The notes beneath the pieces are model-generated. The model searched no databases. It was not told the origin of the DNA and was given only the letters and a program-made list of their open reading frames with translations. A DNA stretch of 48,875 nt from Phycisphaerae bacterium (GTDB lineage Bacteria; Planctomycetota; Phycisphaerae; UBA1845): positions 1 through 48,875 of the forward strand of contig JAJDDR010000046.1 in the NCBI GenBank assembly GCA_029260255.1, written 5' to 3'. Below, one piece after another: positions 18,355 to 27,193 of the stretch; positions within the stretch are counted from its first letter, which is position 1, and the number at the start of each line of letters is the position of its first letter. A program made the position numbers and the translations under genes.

Positions 18355-20022
18355 CTACTCGGTCGCCTCTGCCCATCGACGCAGCATCTTCGAGACCGCC
18401 TGCGGGTCATCGTCGATCAACTTCGTGACCTGCTCGGTCAGCTGCGCCGCGCGCAGCATGTCATCACTGAGCTCTCGCGCCTCGAGCATCGACTCCTCGG
18501 TCGGAAGAGCCCTTCCCACGGAACCGGCGTCGACGGTCAGCGGCTCTTCGCTGTCGTGATCGGCCGACGTTGCCGCCGCGATCCGCTTGCCGTACAGTTC
18601 CGCCGCATCACGCGCCGAGCGCTTGGCCATTCTCGAGAGCATTATCAGACCCATGACGGCCAGCAGTGCCAGCCCGCCCTGCGGGGCGTACTCCGACACC
18701 ACCGCCGTCCACTCCGAGCCGCCCGCCCGGCTCGCAGCCGAGGCGAGCGAACCGTCCGGCAGCAGCGTGACGGCGGGTTCGAGGTCCGGGAACAGTGACA
18801 CGGTAATGTCATCATCGAACTCGGCCATCACGATGTTCTTGACGGCCGCGAGTATCCGCTGCCTTTCCACCGCGAACCGTGCGGTGACCTCGTCGTCGGT
18901 CGGCGGCTCCTCGGTTCCCTTGATCTTGCTCAGTACACTGGACACATAGCTGTGCGGGACCCCGATGCTCGCCGTCGTGCGGCGCACGGCGAAGGGCAAC
19001 TGTTCGGTGGTCACCCGCTTGGCAAGCTGTTGGTTCTGGAATTTGGTGCTGGTCTCGTCGCTCGTATCTCGCCCGCCCTGACTCCCCGACGGAAGTGATT
19101 GCCCCACGTTCGGACCCACGCCCGTCTCGCCGGACGGTCCGCCGGTCTGCATCTCCGACGCGTTCGTGGTCTCCTCCGAGACGGCGGGCTCAGCGTAGGA
19201 GTTTTCCAACGTGCTGGTGCGCGCGGTATCCAACTGCACCGACACCGCGACGCGCACGCCGGGGATGTACGACAGTTGATCGGCGACCTTCTTGACCAGA
19301 TGGTCCTCGTGCCGCTTCTTCTCGTCGAGCTGTCCCGCCGCCATCGCATCCTCGGGGCTGGGCAACTTGAATTCACGCAACGTCGACGCGTCGATCACGG
19401 AAACGTTGTGCGGAGTCAAACCCGGTACGGCCCCCGCCACCAGCGCGGCGCACGCACGGACCGTCTCCGGACCGATCGCTCGCCCAGCCGCCATCGTCAC
19501 CGTTACCGAAGCCGTCGGCACCACGTTCGGCGCGTTCACCCGCCGCTCCGACGTATCGGTGATGAAGACGTCCGCCGACTTCACCAGACCCGACGACACG
19601 AATACCTGCGCGAGTTCGTTCTGAAGCGCTACGCGTCGCCTGAACTGGTTCTCCGCCGCCGGTCGAAACGGGGAATCGTCCTCGATCAGCCGCGCGAACG
19701 TGACACTCGTATCGGCCGGAAGCGCACCGGCACTCTGCAACGACCACAGAAGCCCGCGCCGCGCACTCGGCGAAACCAAGATGTGATCGCCGGCGATCTT
19801 GTATTCCCCCAGCGGCAGGCTCTGCTGCGCCAGCACGATCTGGTCCGCCGTCATCGGCTCTTCCAGAAGGCGAACGTAGTCGGGCTCCGCCGACCACCGC
19901 AGGAGCCAGAGAAGCGAGCCGACGATGACGACCGCGCACAGCCCGATGGCCAATCTCTGCGAGGCGGTCAGGTCCGCAAGCTGCGTGTTGATCTTGGCGA
20001 TGACTTGTTTGAATGGGTCCAT
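18355..20022 (-). CDS. fliF: Flagellar MS-ring protein FliF
   Basis: 555 aa with an N-terminal TM (LAIGLCAVVIVGSLLWLL), a YscJ/FliF periplasmic region, a second TM (GGLALLAVMGLIMLS) and a C-terminal FliG-binding tail. Confidence 0.93.
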   Translation of the reverse strand: MDPFKQVIAKINTQLADLTASQRLAIGLCAVVIVGSLLWLLRWSAEPDYVRLLEEPMTADQIVLAQQSLPLGEYKIAGDHILVSPSARRGLLWSLQSAGALPADTSVTFARLIEDDSPFRPAAENQFRRRVALQNELAQVFVSSGLVKSADVFITDTSERRVNAPNVVPTASVTVTMAAGRAIGPETVRACAALVAGAVPGLTPHNVSVIDASTLREFKLPSPEDAMAAGQLDEKKRHEDHLVKKVADQLSYIPGVRVAVSVQLDTARTSTLENSYAEPAVSEETTNASEMQTGGPSGETGVGPNVGQSLPSGSQGGRDTSDETSTKFQNQQLAKRVTTEQLPFAVRRTTASIGVPHSYVSSVLSKIKGTEEPPTDDEVTARFAVERQRILAAVKNIVMAEFDDDITVSLFPDLEPAVTLLPDGSLASAASRAGGSEWTAVVSEYAPQGGLALLAVMGLIMLSRMAKRSARDAAELYGKRIAAATSADHDSEEPLTVDAGSVGRALPTEESMLEARELSDDMLRAAQLTEQVTKLIDDDPQAVSKMLRRWAEATE

Positions 20023-20238
20023 TCGGGTGCCGGTACTCCGTCGCTACGACTCTCGTTCCATCGCGTTGACGTCACGCGTAAATGCCACGTCCGCTCTCCC
20101 TCGTGTCGTGTCTCAGACACGACGGCGTTTTCCTGAACCGAGCCGCGACCGTCAGGAAGCGGTTGTGCGTGTATCTCCACGTGTCCCCTCCCTCACGGTC
20201 GGGGCTCGGGAAGAAAGCCACCTGCGCGAGACGTGGCA

Positions 20239-20556
20239 CTAGACGCGCATCTGCTGAACTTCGCGGTACGCCTCAACAAGCTTGTTCCGAACCTCCATCA
20301 GCAGATCGAACGCGATCCCGGCCTTGTTCGACGCGGCAAACACCTCGGCCACGTTGTCGCTCTCACCGGTGAGCAGCCGCTGAACACCCGCGTCCGCCTC
20401 GGTCTGAAGCTTGTTCACTTCGTCCAGCCGTTCGTAGATGAACTCCGCGAACGACTTCGACGGCGCTCCCGGCGCCTGCGGGGTCGATGGTGTTCCTCCC
20501 GTGCCGCCCAACCCGGGTACGACGGGTGACATGCCGGTACTCAACGGATCAATCAT
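20239..20556 (-). CDS. fliE: Flagellar hook-basal body complex protein FliE
   Basis: 105 aa. The C-terminal block is LLTGESDNVAEVFAASNKAGIAFDLLMEVRNKLVEAYREVQQMRV. Located after flgC. Confidence 0.87.
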   Translation of the reverse strand: MIDPLSTGMSPVVPGLGGTGGTPSTPQAPGAPSKSFAEFIYERLDEVNKLQTEADAGVQRLLTGESDNVAEVFAASNKAGIAFDLLMEVRNKLVEAYREVQQMRV

Positions 20557-20575
20557 CGGATCGTCCTCTCACGAA

Positions 20576-20989
20576 TCAGGCCAACAACCGCAAGGATGCC
20601 GCCGCCATCGACTTACTCACCTCCATGACCGACACGTTCGCTTCGTAGGCGCGTGCCGCCATCATGGCGTTGACCATTTCCTCGCTCGGGTCCACGTTGG
20701 GCATGAACACGTAACCGGCGTCTTTGCCCGTCGCGACCGCGTGGGGGTGCGAAGGGTTGTATTCCTTGCGAAACGCGGACGCGTCGCGCACAACCGACGA
20801 AACGTGAACGCCCGGTGCGTGCTTGCCTGCCGCCGGGTTGCCTTCGGCGAAAAGCGCGATGCGCCTGCGAAACGCGGTACCGTCGGCCCCCCCCGTCGTG
20901 AACGCGTTGGTCAGGTTGCCGGCGATCACGTCCAGGTTCGTTCGCTGGGCGACGAGCCCCGACGTGCTGATATCAAGTGCCGTGAACAT
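20576..20989 (-). CDS. flgC: Flagellar basal-body rod protein FlgC
   Basis: 137 aa, starting MFTALDISTSGLVAQRTNLDVIAGNLTNAFTT and ending YVFMPNVDPSEEMVNAMMAARAYEANVSVMEVSKSM. Confidence 0.94.
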   Translation of the reverse strand: MFTALDISTSGLVAQRTNLDVIAGNLTNAFTTGGADGTAFRRRIALFAEGNPAAGKHAPGVHVSSVVRDASAFRKEYNPSHPHAVATGKDAGYVFMPNVDPSEEMVNAMMAARAYEANVSVMEVSKSMAAASLRLLA

Positions 20990-21017
20990 GGTTCTCTTTC
21001 AACTCCTTGCGGGTTCG

Positions 21018-21464
21018 CTACAGTTGCCCGCGAATCGCCTTCCGCATCCCGGAGAAGTAGCCCCTGAGGATCGTTGTCGCCATTTCGTACATCATTCCGT
21101 TCTGCGCCAAATCGGACATCATGTGCTCGATGGACGCATTCGTGCCGTCGTGAAACAGCACGTTGCGCGAAGGCTCGGTTTCCGGCGTTACTTCGAGACG
21201 CCCATCAGCACGGCTGCGAAACTGCCTCGACCCGCCCACGACGAACGGCTTGTTCGGGTCGCCGCCCTTCTTGGTCAACGCGCGGCGGAGTTCCTTGCGA
21301 AAGGCGTCCGCGTCGAGTTGCTTCGCCTTGTATCCCGGCGTCTGCCAGTTCGCGACGTTCGCCGCCAGCATCCGCTGTCGTGCCTCCGAAAACGCCAGCG
21401 TGTTGATCAACGCCGGTGTCGCACCTCGGTTGGTCAGGTTTTCGAGAATCATGAGCTCAACCAT
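21018..21464 (-). CDS. flgB: Flagellar basal-body rod protein FlgB
   Basis: Conserved stretches are RQRMLAANVANWQTPGYKAKQLD and SIEHMMSDLAQNGMMYEMATTIL. The start is ambiguous: GTG 21491, ATG 21464 or ATG 21452. I list ATG 21464. Confidence 0.85.
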   Translation of the reverse strand: MVELMILENLTNRGATPALINTLAFSEARQRMLAANVANWQTPGYKAKQLDADAFRKELRRALTKKGGDPNKPFVVGGSRQFRSRADGRLEVTPETEPSRNVLFHDGTNASIEHMMSDLAQNGMMYEMATTILRGYFSGMRKAIRGQL

Positions 21465-21521
21465 CCGTCGCCCGAACCGGGGCGTACGCACCGAATGCCG
21501 TAATGACCCATCCCGTCAGTC

Positions 21522-21537
21522 TGCACTTGCCATGCCA
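21522..21537 (-). promoter_or_regulatory. Candidate sigma-54 (-24/-12) promoter for the flgB operon
   Basis: The minus strand reads TGGCATGGCAAGTGCA, with GG and GC at consensus spacing. It lies in the 150-nt gap between the sigma-54 activator gene and flgB. The predicted TSS is ~20-47 nt upstream of the flgB start candidates. Confidence 0.55.
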
Positions 21538-21642
21538 ACGCCGCCGAACGCCGTTCCACGAACACGCGCGACCATCAAGGCCGCGCCCGATCGGCAATTC
21601 CTGCGCCCCCACGCGCCGGATCGCGCACAAACCGACGCCCCG

Positions 21643-23034
21643 TCACCCGACCGCCACCGGCATCTCCGCGTCGACCGTCGCCGCGTCCTGCTCCCGCCAT
21701 TGTTTCAATTTCAAACCCAGCGTCCGCACACCCATGCCCAGCAGCTTGGCCGTCTTGACCCGGTGCCCGTCGAACTGCTTCAGCGTCCGCTCGATCAACC
21801 GCCGTTCCATGTCCTCGAGCATCCGACCCGGACGAAGCCCGGCGGAGGGTCCCGTGTCCGCGCCCTCAGATCCCAACCACTGGTTGACATCCTCGCGGCG
21901 TATCGCGGCGCCCGTCACCGTGGCGACCGCGCGCTGGCAGATGTTCTCCAACTCGCGAATGTTCCCCGGCCAGCCATACCGGCGCAGCGGCTCCATCGCC
22001 TCGGGCTCGACCACCAGAGGCGTCCGCCCCATCTGCCTCGCCATCCGACTGAGGAAGTACTCAACCAGCATCGGAAAATCCTCGTGTCGCTCGCGCAAGG
22101 GCGGCAAGGACACCGGCAGCACGTTCAACCGGAAGAACAGGTCCGCACGAAAACGCTTCTTGGCGACCCACGCGCCCAGACTGCGGTTTGTCGTCGCGAT
22201 CACGCGGACGTCGGCACGCTGCGTTACGCTACTCCCCACACGCTCGAACTCGCCCTCCTGCAGCACACGCAGCAACTTCGCCTGCAGCGGAAGCGCCATC
22301 TCGGAAACCTCATCCAGCAAGAGCGTCCCGCCGTCGGCCAACTCAAACCGCCCGCGCCGCATCCGATCCGCGCCGGTGAACGCGCCACGCTCGTGGCCGA
22401 ACAACTCGCTCTCCAGAAGGTTGGCGGACAGTGCCGCGCAGTTGACACAGAGCATCGGGCGATCACACCGCGGAGAGCCCTCGTACACCGCCGCGGCCGC
22501 CAGCTCCTTGCCGGTGCCCGACTCGCCGGTGATCAGGACGGTCGCGTCGCTTGCGGCGTACTGATCGATCTGCTGACGGAGCCGCGCCATCTCGGGACCG
22601 TTACCGACCATGCGGCGGTCCTTGCGAAGATCGTGGAGCGACGTCCGCAACGCCTCATTCTCCGTGCGAAGGCGCTGGTGCAAAAGGGCGCGATCGACCT
22701 TGATCTCGAGACTGTCCGCCTCGAACGGCTTCTGCGCGAAATCGACCGCGCCGAGTCTCATCGCCTCCACCGCCGTCGGCACCGAACCGTAGGCCGTCAT
22801 CACGATGATCGGAACGTCGCACTTCGCCTCGCGCACCGCCCGAATCAGACCCAGCCCGTCCAGCTTCGGCATGCGCAAATCGGTAAGAACGAGATCGAAG
22901 CACTTGGCGTTGATTCGCTCCGACGCCTCCACGGGATCGGCAAACGTGGTGACCACATGGTCAGCCCGCTCCAGTGCCGCCGCGACCGAATCGCGCATCA
23001 CGGCCTGATCATCCACAACACAAACGCGCGCCAT
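21643..23034 (-). CDS. Sigma-54-dependent response regulator (NtrC/FlrC/FleR-type bEBP: receiver + AAA+ + Fis-type HTH)
   Basis: 463 aa. The receiver domain reads VVDDQ...DLVLTDLRMPKLDG. The AAA+ domain has Walker A GESGTGKE, the GAFTGA loop (ERGAFTGAD) and LLLDEV. The C-terminal HTH is TAKLLGMGVRTLGLKLKQW. Confidence 0.94.
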   Translation of the reverse strand: MARVCVVDDQAVMRDSVAAALERADHVVTTFADPVEASERINAKCFDLVLTDLRMPKLDGLGLIRAVREAKCDVPIIVMTAYGSVPTAVEAMRLGAVDFAQKPFEADSLEIKVDRALLHQRLRTENEALRTSLHDLRKDRRMVGNGPEMARLRQQIDQYAASDATVLITGESGTGKELAAAAVYEGSPRCDRPMLCVNCAALSANLLESELFGHERGAFTGADRMRRGRFELADGGTLLLDEVSEMALPLQAKLLRVLQEGEFERVGSSVTQRADVRVIATTNRSLGAWVAKKRFRADLFFRLNVLPVSLPPLRERHEDFPMLVEYFLSRMARQMGRTPLVVEPEAMEPLRRYGWPGNIRELENICQRAVATVTGAAIRREDVNQWLGSEGADTGPSAGLRPGRMLEDMERRLIERTLKQFDGHRVKTAKLLGMGVRTLGLKLKQWREQDAATVDAEMPVAVG

Positions 23035-23061
23035 CAGTGTTAAGTCCTCAGTTGTCAGTAG

Positions 23062-23943
23062 TCAGTTGTCAGTCTTCGGTTTTCTGTTTTCCCCGTTTGG
23101 CAGCCACAGCGTAAACACCGCGCCGCCCCCGTCCCGCCGGGCGACGTCCACCCTGCCCCCGTGCGCTTCGACGATGCCATGCACGATCGCCAGCCCCAGA
23201 CCGGTTCCCGAGTCCTTCGTCGTGAAGAACGGATTGAAGATGCGCTCGACGTGCTCCGCGGATACACCGGGACCGTCGTCGGCGATCTCGACCCGCGAAA
23301 AACCGTCCCCGCCGTCGTTGTGCAGCGTAATCCACACGTGACCATTTCCGCCGGCCGCGTCGATCGCATTCGACAGCACGTTCAAGAGCGCCCGCTGGGC
23401 CTGCGCCGGTTCGACGACCGCGACGACCAACGATTCCGGCACGTCCAGCGACACCGAGCAACCCCGTTCGACCCGTCGTGGTTGGAGCAACGCGACGACT
23501 TCCGCCATCATCTCATTGAGCGCGACCGGACTGCCCTGCGGGTAGTGCGGATTGGAAAACGCGAGCACGTCACTCACGACGGCATCGAGATGCCGCCCGG
23601 CCGACACGATACGCTCCGCGAGCCTGCGCGACTCCGACTGCGAATCCAACTCCCGTTCGAGCAGCGTGGCGTACAGCAGAATTCCTCCCAGCGGGTTGCG
23701 AACCTCGTGCGCAACGCCCGCCGCCATCTCGCCCAACGCCGCCAACCGCTCGCGCCGGCGCAGCTCGCGGTCCTTCTCTTCGAGTTGTTCCGTCAGCCGC
23801 CGCACCTCGTCGATCAGCACGTCGTGCGACACCTTGAGCTTCTCGGTGACCCGGTTGTAGGAGTCGATGATCCCGCCCAGTTCAACCTCCAGGCCCGTCA
23901 GCCGACCACCGTTCATCGCTCGATCCGCTATCGCCGTGTTCAT
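23062..23943 (-). CDS. Soluble histidine kinase (NtrB/FlrB/FleS-like), partner of the sigma-54 regulator
   Basis: The internal ATG at 23943 (MNTAIADRAM...) gives 293 aa with no TM segment. It has a coiled-coil, an H-box LGEMAAGVAHEVRNPL, an N-box LLNVLSNAID, and G-boxes DDGPGV and GTGLGLAIV. Its ATG overlaps the upstream gene's stop (ATGA at 23940-23943). Confidence 0.87.
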   Translation of the reverse strand: MNTAIADRAMNGGRLTGLEVELGGIIDSYNRVTEKLKVSHDVLIDEVRRLTEQLEEKDRELRRRERLAALGEMAAGVAHEVRNPLGGILLYATLLERELDSQSESRRLAERIVSAGRHLDAVVSDVLAFSNPHYPQGSPVALNEMMAEVVALLQPRRVERGCSVSLDVPESLVVAVVEPAQAQRALLNVLSNAIDAAGGNGHVWITLHNDGGDGFSRVEIADDGPGVSAEHVERIFNPFFTTKDSGTGLGLAIVHGIVEAHGGRVDVARRDGGGAVFTLWLPNGENRKPKTDN

Positions 23944-24455
23944 CGCGTCTCGTCCGTACGATCGATGTTCGCCGCCACCGGCGCGCGTTTCCCGTAAGCA
24001 CTCAGCATGGCGCCGTGCGTTGAGATGCCCCCCAACTCGCGCGCCACCTTCTTCTTGCGCACCTCCAGTCGGCGTACATCCCGACCGTCGGCGGCGATGA
24101 TGTCCCGAAGGTGCTTCTGGATCCGCCCCAGCACTTTCGCACAGTGCGAGCGCCGCTCCGGCGGGAGCTCGGCACCGAATCGTTCCCAACGCTCCGGCAG
24201 AGGTCCGATTCGTTCCGCGACGGCCGACAACCGCTCGGTCAGTTGCTGCCTCTCCGCCAGCAGCGCAAGCAGCGGTGTTGGATCCTCACCGGCCACCAGT
24301 TCACGCTGTTTGTCCACCAGCCGTGCCAGACGCTCGTACAGACCCAGCTGGTCATCCAGCAACTTCGTGAACGCATCGGCGGATAGCGCCTGTTCGGTTG
24401 CGGCACCGTTGCCGCCGTGCCCGCCCGCTCGTGGTTGTGTCGCTGATTCCGCCAT
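23940..24455 (-). CDS. FlgN-like putative flagellar chaperone (hypothetical)
   Basis: ATG at 24455 (MAESATQ...) gives a 171-aa all-helical protein (LLDDQLGLYERLARLVDKQRELVAGEDPTPLLALLAERQQLTERL...) whose heptad pattern resembles the FlgN family. Translationally coupled to the kinase. The family assignment is tentative. Confidence 0.45.
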   Translation of the reverse strand: MAESATQPRAGGHGGNGAATEQALSADAFTKLLDDQLGLYERLARLVDKQRELVAGEDPTPLLALLAERQQLTERLSAVAERIGPLPERWERFGAELPPERRSHCAKVLGRIQKHLRDIIAADGRDVRRLEVRKKKVARELGGISTHGAMLSAYGKRAPVAANIDRTDETR

Positions 24456-24465
24456 GGCGTTCTCC

Positions 24466-26889
24466 TCAGAACAACTCCGATTGCTGAACCCAGTTGAAAT
24501 ACTCGCGCCAGTCCAAACGCGACTCACGTCCGATCCCGTCCGAGAAGGTCTCCTCCGGCATCGTCTCGACGAGATACAGCGCCCGACGAACGGCCGCCGC
24601 CGCCTCGGCGCCGTCGCCTTGGAATACGTGACAATTCACAATCTGAATGTACGCCGCCAACGCCGTCGTCGTGCCCTTGTAGATCCACGCGGCGCGTTCG
24701 TACTGCGCCAGCGCGTCCTCGTACTCGCCCAACTCGAAGTGGCAGTCCGCCTGATACAAACGAGCGTGCCGAAGATAGATTTCGTCCTGAGCAGACGACT
24801 CACCCGCACGACTCGACTCGAAATCCGCGATCGTCTGTGCGAACAGCTCCGCCGCCTTCCGCAGACGGTTCTTCTGCTCGACGGCGATACGCTCCCGCTC
24901 CGCCGCAAACGTCGCCTTCTCGTAGTCCTCTTTCAGCGCCAGACCGCTCTGGCGATAGCAATCACCCAGAAGGAATCGCGCACGCACGGCGCGCTCGTCG
25001 TCAGGATACCGCTCCATCGCCTCCTCGAGCGCGGGAATCGCCCGCTCGAAAGCCCCGTTGCGGTTCAACAGATCGCCTATCAAGAACAACGCATCGGCGT
25101 ATTCCGGCGCGCTCGGCGTGAAAACATCAGAGTCTTTGAGGATCGTCCGTAGTGTCTTTTCCGCCGCGTCCGCGTAGTCCTTGCCCATCGCCAGGTAACA
25201 CCGCGCCAGCGGAATCAGCGAGCTGCCCGCGTCGGGCGTCCGGGCGAACCGCCGCAGCGCCTCTCGGTACGTCTCGACCGCCTCGTCGAATCGGTTCAGC
25301 AGTTGTTGCGCCTGGCCCCGGTACCGAAGTGCCCGGGCGACATAGGGACTGGACGGCCGGAACTGGATGAACCGGTCCATCGCTTCGATGATCAGTTCGA
25401 GATCACCGCTCTCGTGTACGCGATCCGCCGCGGCCCACGCCGCCGTTGAGCGACGCCCCTCCGGCAACGAACCCATCTCCGCGATGCGCTGAACCGCGTC
25501 GGAAGACTCCAGCAACAGGGATCGAGCCTCCGCGCGCAACCGCTCCGTAGGGTCGTCGCCCCCCGCAGGGTCTGCGTCCGCCTCCGCGCGCCGCGATCGC
25601 GCCACCAGCGCTTGCAAGTCCGACAGCCGCTCCAGAAGCATGGCCCGTCGCGTCGCGTCTCCCGACTCCCGCACCGCAACCGCCAGCCGGGCAAAGCCCA
25701 ACGCCGCCTCCGTACGCCCCTCGCGACGTAGCCTCTCGCTCACAACGGTCAGCGACGCCTCGATGACGTGCGGGTTCAGATGCCGGCTCGGCGGCAAACG
25801 ACGCACGGATTCGATCACATCGCCGTAACGATCGGACGCCTCATCGAATCGCTCGAGCGTCACCAGCGCTTCGGCCATACCCAGATTCGCCGCCGCCGAA
25901 TAGACCGGCGAAACCGCCGACACAACGACATCCTTCAGAAAGGAGATCGCCTCCAGAGGACGCCCTTGCGCGTCACGCCCCAGCACCAGGCGGCCGAGCA
26001 GCCACCCCGTTCGCGCGAACAACTCATCGCGCGGACCCAGCCGCTCACGCAAGTGACGCACACGCATCTCCGCATCGTCGGCGTCGCCCACGCGATGAAT
26101 GGTGTAGGCCTCCAAGTATTCATGCCACCGCGGCCACGCACCGTCGCCGAACAACGGTCGCGTGCGCTCCAGCAGGGCGCGAGCGGCGTCGCCTTGCCGC
26201 TCGTCACACAGCAGGTCAAGTTCGTGCTCGACCGCCCACGCCACGATCTCCGGCCTGTTCGACGCCTCGGCGATCAAGGTGTTCAGCTCCGCATGCGTAT
26301 CCGCCGCCGACTGCCGGCCGTACTCCATCCGCAGACGCGCCGCACGCCACCGCAGACCGACGTCGGCCGGCGACTGCCTCTTGATCGCCGCATCGTAGTG
26401 CGCGATCGCGGTCCTGAAATCGCGGTTCCACTCGTGCGCCTTGCCAAGCAGCACACGGTCGCCCGTCGTCAGCTCAAAACCCCCGTCGACGGCGAAGGCG
26501 TAATGCTCGATCACCGCCCGACCGACCGACGCGACGCGCGCACCCGCACGCTCCGCACGCAGAAGCCGCGCACGCCCCAGATTCGCGTGGACCGGCGCCA
26601 GGTCCTGCGGGGTCTTTCTCGGCGCAAGGAACAACTGCTCCGCGACGCCGATCGCCGACGTGTACATGCCCTCGTCGACGAGCACCGGAAGCTGTTTGAG
26701 AAGGTCGTCGAAAGGAATCTTGGCGACGGGAGTGCGGTACGTCGCAATGGAAACGCCGAACGCCACCAGCGCAAGGGCCAACGCCGGGATCTGCCACTTG
26801 CCCGTCAGGCGCTGGCGAGCCTCGGCCCATTTTGGCTCCGGACCTGCCGGCTGAAGATTGTCGCTCATCCTGAGCTCGCGCGTAGTCAA
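24466..26889 (-). CDS. Membrane-anchored TPR-repeat protein (807 aa) heading the flagellar cluster
   Basis: One N-terminal TM ([20 protein letters not shown]) is followed by many TPR-like A/L/Y/R-rich repeats along the whole length. An alternative start is ATG 26868. Same strand as the FlgN-like gene and 10 nt upstream of it. Confidence 0.75.
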   Translation of the reverse strand: MTTRELRMSDNLQPAGPEPKWAEARQRLTGKWQIPALALALVAFGVSIATYRTPVAKIPFDDLLKQLPVLVDEGMYTSAIGVAEQLFLAPRKTPQDLAPVHANLGRARLLRAERAGARVASVGRAVIEHYAFAVDGGFELTTGDRVLLGKAHEWNRDFRTAIAHYDAAIKRQSPADVGLRWRAARLRMEYGRQSAADTHAELNTLIAEASNRPEIVAWAVEHELDLLCDERQGDAARALLERTRPLFGDGAWPRWHEYLEAYTIHRVGDADDAEMRVRHLRERLGPRDELFARTGWLLGRLVLGRDAQGRPLEAISFLKDVVVSAVSPVYSAAANLGMAEALVTLERFDEASDRYGDVIESVRRLPPSRHLNPHVIEASLTVVSERLRREGRTEAALGFARLAVAVRESGDATRRAMLLERLSDLQALVARSRRAEADADPAGGDDPTERLRAEARSLLLESSDAVQRIAEMGSLPEGRRSTAAWAAADRVHESGDLELIIEAMDRFIQFRPSSPYVARALRYRGQAQQLLNRFDEAVETYREALRRFARTPDAGSSLIPLARCYLAMGKDYADAAEKTLRTILKDSDVFTPSAPEYADALFLIGDLLNRNGAFERAIPALEEAMERYPDDERAVRARFLLGDCYRQSGLALKEDYEKATFAAERERIAVEQKNRLRKAAELFAQTIADFESSRAGESSAQDEIYLRHARLYQADCHFELGEYEDALAQYERAAWIYKGTTTALAAYIQIVNCHVFQGDGAEAAAAVRRALYLVETMPEETFSDGIGRESRLDWREYFNWVQQSELF

Positions 26890-27193
26890 CGCGGATCCTC
26901 CTGATCACCAATCCTGCGTCCGGCCCTGCCGGCTATGGCTCCGGCTCTGCCGGCGTCGCATCATGTTGTCGGCGAAAACCTCGCAACTTCTGATGCCCAT
27001 TCAAACACCGCGACACGCGATTCGGATCCGCCGCGCCGAAGATTCGCTTAACTGCATTGGCAACCAATGCCGCGCGAACCGAACGCCCCGACCCAAACGA
27101 TTCCACTCCGCGCGAATCTGCCGTATACTCCTCGCTTCCGACGATCACGGACCGCCGGCGAGTTCCAGTAAACTTCAGGTAGGGACAACACCG

